The notes below the pieces were generated by a model, which was not told where the DNA came from, made no database searches, and was given only the letters and a program-made list of their open reading frames with translations. This document shows, piece by piece, positions 36,224 through 43,355 of a DNA stretch of 64,000 nucleotides. Each line of letters starts with the position of its first letter. Positions within the stretch are counted from its first letter, which is position 1. Both the position numbers and the translations under genes were made by a program. This DNA comes from an uncultured Clostridia bacterium (GTDB taxonomy: Bacteria > Bacillota > Clostridia > Christensenellales > UBA1242), in NCBI GenBank assembly GCA_947632645.1, contig CANRQB010000002.1:16489-80488 (forward strand). The letters run 5' to 3'.

Positions 36224-39200
36224 ATGCTTAACAACATAATCATTAAAGGTGCAAAGGAAAATAACCTAAAAAATATCGATTTAACACTACCAAAAAACCA
36301 ACTTATTGTGTTTTCAGGCGTAAGTGGGTGTGGCAAAAGTACGCTTGCATTTGATACCATTTTTGCTGAGGGCCAGCGCAGATATATGGAGAGTTTATCC
36401 AGTTATGCGCGCCAATTTTTGGGGCAAATGAACAAGCCGGACGTGGAGAGCATAGATGGCTTAAGCCCGGCCGTTTCTATCGACCAAAAATCCACCAATA
36501 ACAACCCGCGTTCAACCGTTGGCACAATAACCGAAATATACGATTATTTCCGTCTACTTTTTGCCCGCATAGGCAAGCCATATTGCCCAAAATGCGGCAA
36601 GCCAATTAGTGCGCAGACAATCGACCAGATTGTAGACCATATCTGTGCGCTTGATGAGGGCAGCAAACTGCTTATTATGGCGCCAATTGTGCGCGCGCAA
36701 AAGGGCAGCCAGGAAAAGGTGCTAGATGCTTTGCGTAAGGACGGCTATGTGCGCGTTATGGTGGATGGCGAAGTGCTGCAACTGGACGAAGAGATTAATC
36801 TGGATAAAAACAAGCGCCACGATGTTAGTGTTGTGGTGGACAGAATTATAAATAAAGAGGGGATAACTAGCCGCCTAACCGACAGTGTGGATAAATGCTT
36901 GCAACTTGCAAACGGGCTGGTTACTGTATTTGATGGAAAACAAACCCACCTATACAGCACAAAATATAGTTGTGTGGATTGCGGCATTTCGCTACCCGAC
37001 ATCGAGCCATCTTTCTTCAGTTTTAACAGCCACCAAGGCGCTTGCCCAAAATGCGATGGCTTGGGCTACGTTATAAAAATTGGCGAAAGCGCGATTGTTA
37101 AAAACGACCGCTTGTCCATAAACGAGGGTGCACTTGCTGTGCTTGGCTTTAATATTGATGCCACCGGCATAACCAAAAAAGCACTTAATAAACTGGTTAA
37201 AAAGTACGGCTACACGCTGGATACTCCATACAATAAGTTCAGTAAAGAACTGCGCGAAGCACTTATCAATGGTGAAAAAGGCGAGTTAGAACCCGCACCA
37301 AATTTGCATCAATATCTTCTCAGATCAGATTATAGATTTATGGGCATTATCCCAGATTTGTTGCGCCGCTTTAACGAAAGCAACAGCGAGTGGATTAAAG
37401 AGGAAATATATAAGCTTATGTCGCAAGACACTTGCCCAGAATGCCACGGCAGAAGGTTAAATCCGGCTGCGCTGTCGATAAAAATCAACAACAAAAACAT
37501 TGCAGATTTGTGCGAGATGTCTATTGAGCGTCTGTACGAATTTATCTGCAACCTTAAACTTAACAAAACCGAGCAGCAGGTGGCGGAAAGCATTTTGCAC
37601 GAGATTAAGGCGCGCCTATCGTTTTTAATAAATGTCGGCTTAACCTATCTTAGCCTGTCGCGTGCGGCGGGCACACTGTCGGGCGGGGAAGCACAGCGCA
37701 TCCGCCTTGCAACCCAGATTGGCAGTGGGCTAAGCGGGGTGCTATACATTTTGGACGAGCCAAGCATTGGCTTGCATCAGCGTGATAACGACCGCCTTAT
37801 TTCCGCCCTTAAAAACTTGCGTGATTTGGGCAACACGCTTATTGTAGTCGAGCACGACGAGGACACAATTCGTTCGGCCGACTACATTGTGGATATCGGT
37901 CCAAAAGCGGGCGTGCATGGCGGCGAAGTTGTGGCTAAGGGTAGCGTGCAAGATTTAATCGATAGCCCACGTAGCATGACAGGCAAATTTTTGTCGGGTG
38001 AGGAAAAGATTGAAGTTCCATCCGCACGGCGCGAAATTAAAAAGGAGTATATCCGCTTGCTTGGTTGCCGCGAACATAACATTAAAGATTTGGATGTGGC
38101 AATCCCGCAAGGTGTGCTTACACTGGTTACTGGGGTTAGTGGCAGCGGCAAATCCACCTTGGTTAACGATATTTTCTATCGCGCGCTGTTCAATAAACTT
38201 AACCGCCGCCCACAAGAAAATAATTTTGATAGCCTTTTGGGGGCGGATAAGATAGATAAAGTTATCCAAATCGACCAAGATCCAATCGGCCGCACTCCGC
38301 GCAGCAACCCGGTTACTTATTCGGGCGTGTTTACTAAAATTCGCGAACTTTTTGCATCCACTAATCTTGCAAAAAGCAAGGGATATGGGCCAAATAAGTT
38401 TAGTTTTAATGTTGAGGGCGGCAGGTGCGAAGCCTGCGCGGGCGATGGCGTAAAGCGGCTTAGGATGTACTTTATGCCGGACGTGTACGTGCCATGTGAG
38501 GTGTGCAACGGCAAGCGCTATTCACGCGAAACACTCGAGATTAAATATAAGGACAAAAACATCTATGATGTGCTAGAGATGACGATAGACGAGGCATACG
38601 AATTTTTTGAAAACATCCCGCCAATAAAATCCAAACTGCAAACGCTGGTGGATGTTGGGCTTGGTTATGTTAAACTTGGGCAAAGCGCAACTACACTGTC
38701 GGGCGGCGAGGCACAGCGCCTTAAACTTGCCACCGAACTTACTAGGCGAGATACTGGAAACACGGTTTACATTTTGGATGAGCCAACTACTGGCCTACAC
38801 AGTTATGACGTTAAAAAATTGGTTAACATTTTGCAACGTCTAGTTGGCAACGGCAACACGGTTGTGGTTATCGAACACAATTTGGATGTTATAAAAACGG
38901 CCGACTATATTATAGATATGGGGCCAGAAGGTGGCGAAGGTGGCGGCAAAATTATAGCCACCGGCACACCGGAAGAAGTGGCAAAAGTTAAAGGTAGCTA
39001 CACCGGCCAATATCTAAAAAAATACCTAGAAAAACCCGCCACCAAAACCGCAGATAGCAAAGCGAATAAAAAATCAAGTGCCGAAACAAAAAAATCAAAA
39101 GCAACTGCTGAAAATAAAAAATCTAAAGCAAGTGCGGAAAATAAAAAATCCACTAAAAATGATACCGCAAAAACAAAAAAGACAGCCACAAAATCAACAA

Positions 39201-39241
39201 CTAAAAAATCAGCCACCAAAACAAAATCAGCAAAAAAATAA
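36224..39241 (+). CDS. uvrA: Excinuclease ABC subunit A with a 68-residue Lys-rich C-terminal extension
   Basis: Two ABC ATPase modules (GVSGCGKST, GVSGSGKST; LSGGEAQR twice) and Zn-finger Cys pairs. The canonical end GSYTGQYLKKYLEK is followed by PATKTADSKANKKSS...KTKSAKK (39035-39238). Confidence 0.97.
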   Translation: MLNNIIIKGAKENNLKNIDLTLPKNQLIVFSGVSGCGKSTLAFDTIFAEGQRRYMESLSSYARQFLGQMNKPDVESIDGLSPAVSIDQKSTNNNPRSTVGTITEIYDYFRLLFARIGKPYCPKCGKPISAQTIDQIVDHICALDEGSKLLIMAPIVRAQKGSQEKVLDALRKDGYVRVMVDGEVLQLDEEINLDKNKRHDVSVVVDRIINKEGITSRLTDSVDKCLQLANGLVTVFDGKQTHLYSTKYSCVDCGISLPDIEPSFFSFNSHQGACPKCDGLGYVIKIGESAIVKNDRLSINEGALAVLGFNIDATGITKKALNKLVKKYGYTLDTPYNKFSKELREALINGEKGELEPAPNLHQYLLRSDYRFMGIIPDLLRRFNESNSEWIKEEIYKLMSQDTCPECHGRRLNPAALSIKINNKNIADLCEMSIERLYEFICNLKLNKTEQQVAESILHEIKARLSFLINVGLTYLSLSRAAGTLSGGEAQRIRLATQIGSGLSGVLYILDEPSIGLHQRDNDRLISALKNLRDLGNTLIVVEHDEDTIRSADYIVDIGPKAGVHGGEVVAKGSVQDLIDSPRSMTGKFLSGEEKIEVPSARREIKKEYIRLLGCREHNIKDLDVAIPQGVLTLVTGVSGSGKSTLVNDIFYRALFNKLNRRPQENNFDSLLGADKIDKVIQIDQDPIGRTPRSNPVTYSGVFTKIRELFASTNLAKSKGYGPNKFSFNVEGGRCEACAGDGVKRLRMYFMPDVYVPCEVCNGKRYSRETLEIKYKDKNIYDVLEMTIDEAYEFFENIPPIKSKLQTLVDVGLGYVKLGQSATTLSGGEAQRLKLATELTRRDTGNTVYILDEPTTGLHSYDVKKLVNILQRLVGNGNTVVVIEHNLDVIKTADYIIDMGPEGGEGGGKIIATGTPEEVAKVKGSYTGQYLKKYLEKPATKTADSKANKKSSAETKKSKATAENKKSKASAENKKSTKNDTAKTKKTATKSTTKKSATKTKSAKK

Positions 39242-39254
39242 ACAAAAAGCAAAA

Positions 39255-39283
39255 AATTAAGGTAAAAGTCCTTAATTTTTTTT
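39255..39283 (+). terminator. uvrA intrinsic terminator
   Basis: AATTAAGG-taaaagt-CCTTAATT followed by a T-run. Confidence 0.7.
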
Positions 39284-39330
39284 AATTTTCATTAAATTTT
39301 AGTGATTTTTTAGATAAATTTTTATAATTT

Positions 39331-39835
39331 AATTACAATAGTAGTTAAAACTTTGCCCTAATTACAATAGTAATTAAAACTTATTTTATCCGTAATAACA
39401 ATAGTAATTAAAACGATTGCATCCGTAATAACTATAGTTATTAAAATAGATAACAAAATTCATTATAACTAAAGTTATTTAGATATTGATATCATAATAA
39501 CAATAGTAATTAAAATCTATTAAAGTGGCATAATTACAATAGTAATAAAGATAAGTGGGCAGTATCCGTTATAACTAAAGTTATTAAAACAACTAGCAAA
39601 AACTAAAGTTATTAAACAATATCTTGATTACAATAGTAATAAAAACAATTATATCCATTATAACTATAGTTATTAAAATAGATGCCATGATAACAATAGT
39701 AATAAAATTCATTATTACAATAGTAATAAAAACAAAAATATCCGTTATAACTATAGTTATTAAAATATTGATATAGTAATTACAAGAGTAATAAAAACTA
39801 ATATTACAATTCATTATTACAATAGTAATAATTAT
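39331..39835. repeat. Array of 16 short palindromic units (two alternating core types), mean spacing about 32 bp
   Basis: Cores are ATTACAATAGTAAT and ATAACTATAGTTAT (or ATAACTAAAGTTAT), each followed by TAAAA. Hand-mapped centres at 39338.5, 39367.5, 39401.5, 39434.5, 39471.5, 39503.5, 39539.5, 39577.5, 39605.5, 39633.5, 39666.5, 39696.5, 39720.5, 39753.5, 39785.5, 39821.5. Confidence 0.85.
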
Positions 39836-39852
39836 AACACTTGTTCTTTTGT

Positions 39853-39907
39853 TACTTTTCTATCAAAGAAAAGTATGTTCTTTTGTTACTTTTCTTGCAA
39901 GAAAAGT
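39853..39907. repeat. Tandem pair of GTTACTTTTC-family hairpins
   Basis: GTTCTTTTGTTACTTTTCT-atcaa-AGAAAAGTA (hairpin 39853-39875) and GTTCTTTTGTTACTTTTCTTGCAAGAAAAGT (39888-39907). Confidence 0.8.
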
Positions 39908-39940
39908 TATATAAAATAATTACAAAAATAATTATAAAAG

Positions 39941-40321
39941 TTAAAGCAAATTTAGCCAAGTGATGCCGCTGGCTTCTTTAAGGCCATCGATGTTGTAGTC
40001 GAGTAGGCGGGCATAGGTTAGGGCGTCATCCGCGCTGTTGTTTTCTACAGCCGACACCAAATATTGCAGATAGTCGCTTACCGGCTGCAGATCTTTTTTG
40101 GATATGCTTATGGCAAGTTTGTCCATTTCGCGCGTCCAATAATCGTTAAGTTTATCCACTTTCACTTCTAGCGCATCATCAATTTCGCCGGTTTCAAGTT
40201 GGGTGTAAATTGCATCGCTTTCTTTGGTTAGGTAATTAAACACTTTATGGGTGTTAACGCTCTCCCAAATTATAAAGCCAGTAACCGCAACAATAAGGAT
40301 GAAAATAGGTACATTTTTCAT
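39941..40321 (-). CDS. DUF4363-like small membrane-anchored protein
   Basis: N-terminal TM plus about 100 aa of helical domain. 4-nt overlap with the upstream DUF421 gene, a pairing common in Clostridia. Confidence 0.5.
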   Translation of the reverse strand: MKNVPIFILIVAVTGFIIWESVNTHKVFNYLTKESDAIYTQLETGEIDDALEVKVDKLNDYWTREMDKLAISISKKDLQPVSDYLQYLVSAVENNSADDALTYARLLDYNIDGLKEASGITWLNLL

Positions 40322-41067
40322 AGCTTCACCACCTTATTAATGTTTTCGATAATCTTATAACTTTCGCCTTTTTGTTGATAGTAAATTTTTCCATCCCTAT
40401 CCATGCAAAGCAGAATAAGTTGTTTGGCTTTAAGTTTTAGGTGCGCCAAAATTTTGTTTAACCCGTCCATTTCCAAATCTATTTGCTGCATCTCTTCCTT
40501 AATAATTTTTCCATCGCTAACAATAACATGGGTTAGTTTAGTTGGCGGGTTGTTTGCCCCAACATCTTGCGCAGTTGCGGGCGCGTTTTGGCTGGTTGGG
40601 ATAATGCTGATTGTCCCGTTTGTTTCAACTATGGCAAACAGCACCTGGTCAAAACTATTGTAACTATTTTGCCGCATTGCCTCCAAAATGTCGTCGATAT
40701 TCATGTTAAGGTTTTTAAGCGCTTCGTACTCTATCCCTTGCGGACTAATTATCACCACCGGCTTGCCACTTAAAAAATTGCGCACGCCCACACTTTTGCG
40801 CGTTATAAAGGTGATTATAAAGTGGATTATAACCAGCACGGCAAGCGGCAAAATGCCGTTTAAAAGCGGGATGTTGTTGTCGCTCATTGGCAGGGTGGCA
40901 AGGTCGGCAATAATAAGGGTGATAACCACTTCGTACGGTTGCATTTGCCCGATTTGGCGCTTGCCCATAATGCGCATAAACACCAGCACTGTTAGGTAAA
41001 TTATTAAAACGCGAATAAACACAATAAACATACCTAAATTATTTACATCAAAAAATAATTTAAACAA
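40318..41067 (-). CDS. DUF421/YetF-family membrane protein
   Basis: N-terminal TM helices with MRIMGKRQIGQMQPYEVVITLIIADL (YetF/YrbG-type signature) and a soluble C-terminal domain. Confidence 0.7.
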   Translation of the reverse strand: MFKLFFDVNNLGMFIVFIRVLIIYLTVLVFMRIMGKRQIGQMQPYEVVITLIIADLATLPMSDNNIPLLNGILPLAVLVIIHFIITFITRKSVGVRNFLSGKPVVIISPQGIEYEALKNLNMNIDDILEAMRQNSYNSFDQVLFAIVETNGTISIIPTSQNAPATAQDVGANNPPTKLTHVIVSDGKIIKEEMQQIDLEMDGLNKILAHLKLKAKQLILLCMDRDGKIYYQQKGESYKIIENINKVVKL

Positions 41068-41120
41068 ATTTAATTTGTATTTGTATTTTTTTTTGTTTAA
41101 TTAATTGTTTAATTTTTTAA

Positions 41121-41257
41121 TGTTTTTATTTTTTACTTGTGTTTTTGTTACTTTTTGCTCACAAAAAGTAATATTTAATTTTTATTTTTTTTAGGTTTTA
41201 TATCTTTGTATTTTTATTTTTTACTCGTGTTTTTGGTGACTTTGCTCACAAAAAGTA
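41121..41257. repeat. ~50-bp direct repeat (2 copies), each ending in a GTTACTTTTTG...CAAAAAGTAA-type hairpin
   Basis: 41121-41171 vs 41207-41257. Intact hairpin at 41148-41171; degenerate twin at 41238-41257. Confidence 0.75.
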
Positions 41258-41311
41258 AAAAACTAACAAAAAAACAAAAAAATAAAAATTTAACACAAAA
41301 AAAAGAAAAAT

Positions 41312-42817
41312 TTATGATTTTTTCTTTTTCTTTATTAGGGCTAGCAAGTTTTTAACATCGTAAAGGTTAAATATTTTTATAAACATCATCATCAAGCCAA
41401 CACATAATAGGCCAGATATCGTGGCTGAGATAAAATAGTTGAATAAGTGCCGCAAAATGTTGGCAACAAAATGGGTTAGCAAACTTACTGGTGCAACCAC
41501 AAGCGTGTATTTAAAGCTATTAGAAAATAAGTTAAATTTTAGGGCAGGTATTTTTTGTTTAATCTTTCTTAGGTTAAGTAGGGTTATTGTGGTCATGGAT
41601 AAAAAGAAGGAAACTATAACCGAATTTATGCCAATCAGCGGGGTTAAAATTACTAGGCAGGCAAGCAAAACCACAGAGCCCAAAATGTAGTTTATAAACG
41701 ATTTAACCTCCAAATTAAGCGCGTTTAATACACTGCCGGTTAGATTGCATAGCGTAATTGGCAGCACGCAAACGCCCGCCAACTGCAAAAGCACGCCAGA
41801 TAGCTGATTGTCGTATAAAATTATGCCAATCAAATCGCCAATTGCAAGATAGGTGGGTATAAATATCATGGCGATAAACATGCCCACTTCAAGCGCTTTT
41901 TTTACGTTAGATGCAATTTCTTCTTGCATATTTTTGGTGGCCATCGCGCTAATTGACGGGATAAGCACCATACTTATGCTGCCAATTATAGTCATCGGCA
42001 CAAACAACAGCGGCCAGGTCATGCCCATAATAACGCCAAAGCTTGCCACCGCCTCGCTTTTGGTGTAGCCGGCAACAATAAGCATGGTGGGGATAATAAA
42101 GGTGGTTAGTGGCTGCACAAGCGAGTTTGCAAGCCGCACACCAGTTATTGGCGCGGCGGATTTTATAACTGCAGAAAATTCGCGCTTGTTAACTCCAATT
42201 TTGCCATGCCTGAAATATATTATAACGGATAGCAGGGCAGAAATAAGGCAGGTTAGGTTAAACGCCACAGCCGAATACTTTGCCGCAACAAAATAATCAG
42301 TTATGTTTCTTAGCATAACAAAGGTGAGTGCAAACCTAAAAATCTGCTCGATAAGTTCGGTTAGCCCACAATTAAAATAGTCATTTTGCCCCCAAAGCGC
42401 GCCGCGAAAAACGGCATAAACCGCACTAAACAACACGGACGGCACAAGAATAATTAAAATTTCAACCGCGCGGTTATCGGTTAGTATAATTCCCCAGAAC
42501 GCACGCAAACCATAAACCAGCAAACTAGATAAACTTGCCACAATAAGCGCAATAATAAGCGCCGAGCCAACCAACTGATTGCGCTGTTTTAGTCGGTTGT
42601 CCACCTCGTATTTAGAAACCAGTTTGGCAGTGGTAAGCGGGATGCCGCTAGATACTAGCGTCATAAAAATGCCCAGCACGCTAGACGCCATTTGAAAAAG
42701 CCCAAGCCCCTCAGCCCCCAGTTTGCGCGAAAAATATATGCGGAACACAAAGCCAAGCGCACGCGTTATCACCGAGAATATTGTGGTTATCATAACCGCT
42801 TTAAAAAAAGTTTTCAT
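41312..42817 (-). CDS. MOP-superfamily flippase (SpoVB/YtgP/MurJ-like)
   Basis: 501 aa and about 14 TM segments. N-terminus MKTFFKAVMITTIFSVITRALGFVFRIYFSRKLGAEGLGLFQ is typical of SpoVB/MurJ-type polysaccharide or lipid II flippases. Confidence 0.7.
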   Translation of the reverse strand: MKTFFKAVMITTIFSVITRALGFVFRIYFSRKLGAEGLGLFQMASSVLGIFMTLVSSGIPLTTAKLVSKYEVDNRLKQRNQLVGSALIIALIVASLSSLLVYGLRAFWGIILTDNRAVEILIILVPSVLFSAVYAVFRGALWGQNDYFNCGLTELIEQIFRFALTFVMLRNITDYFVAAKYSAVAFNLTCLISALLSVIIYFRHGKIGVNKREFSAVIKSAAPITGVRLANSLVQPLTTFIIPTMLIVAGYTKSEAVASFGVIMGMTWPLLFVPMTIIGSISMVLIPSISAMATKNMQEEIASNVKKALEVGMFIAMIFIPTYLAIGDLIGIILYDNQLSGVLLQLAGVCVLPITLCNLTGSVLNALNLEVKSFINYILGSVVLLACLVILTPLIGINSVIVSFFLSMTTITLLNLRKIKQKIPALKFNLFSNSFKYTLVVAPVSLLTHFVANILRHLFNYFISATISGLLCVGLMMMFIKIFNLYDVKNLLALIKKKKKS

Positions 42818-42986
42818 GGTTGTCCTATATTATTATATAGTTTTGTTTGCCTCGTTAGAATAACAAAATTTTTGTGCCGCACATATATATTTAATTAAGA
42901 TAGAAAACAAATATTGTTAACATAAAATTAATCCAATAAAATGCCAATTTAATCGGCAATTTAAGTTAAAAGTTAAAAGGAGATAT

Positions 42987-43292
42987 ATGCAAGTAAAATT
43001 AAAAAAACAATTTTTGTATCGTGTGCAAAACGAAAACGAGCATAATTTGTGCCAAAATTTTAACACGGAAAAAGAGGGTGTAGTGCGCAACAACTCCTCG
43101 TTGCCTGTGTATGCGGGCGAGTGGGTGCAAATTAATGTTAACAACTATAAAACGCATTATGTTAAGCCTGCCCAAACTATAGAAGATATTGCTAAAATAT
43201 ATGGCATATCTCAAGAAAAAATTTTGGCGGATAATAATTTAACAAATGCCAGGCTTTTTATTGGCCAACGAATAAAAATTTTTAATGAGTGA
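42987..43292 (+). CDS. LysM-domain protein
   Basis: HYVKPAQTIEDIAKIYGISQEKILADNNLTNARLFIGQRIKIF is a LysM motif. AAAGGAG RBS. Confidence 0.75.
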   Translation: MQVKLKKQFLYRVQNENEHNLCQNFNTEKEGVVRNNSSLPVYAGEWVQINVNNYKTHYVKPAQTIEDIAKIYGISQEKILADNNLTNARLFIGQRIKIFNE

Positions 43293-43323
43293 AATGTTTT
43301 AAAATTTTTTAAAAATTATAGAA

Positions 43324-43350
43324 AAAAACCACGCAATTTGCGTGATTTTT
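43324..43350. terminator. Bidirectional intrinsic terminator
   Basis: CACGCAA-t-TTGCGTG flanked by A-run and T-run, between convergent genes. Confidence 0.7.
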
Positions 43351-43355
43351 AAATT

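Noticed and set aside
38998-39260. ORFs 38998-39252 (minus) and 39078-39260 (plus), and similarly 43342-43710 (plus)
   Set aside because: These are alternative-frame or antisense readings of the low-complexity AAA/AAG-rich DNA encoding the Lys-rich tails of UvrA and the 1043-aa protein.
39385-39395. DnaA-box-like words (TTATCCGTA and related ATCCGT flanks), suggesting a replication origin
   Set aside because: The words differ from TTATCCACA at the critical CACA positions. There is no dnaA/dnaN nearby and no cluster of true boxes. The AT-rich context alone is not evidence.
39593-39814. 73-aa minus-strand ORF (ITIVI... repeats)
   Set aside because: This is a translation artefact of the palindromic DNA array. 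The protein is a low-complexity I/T/V/N string with no RBS.
39331-39835. CRISPR array interpretation of the 16-unit repeat region
   Set aside because: The period is only about 24-38 bp, with 8-14 bp between 22-25 bp units. Units come in two intermixed sequence types. There is no leader or cas genes in the window. CRISPR repeats and spacers are each about 25-40 bp with near-identical repeats.
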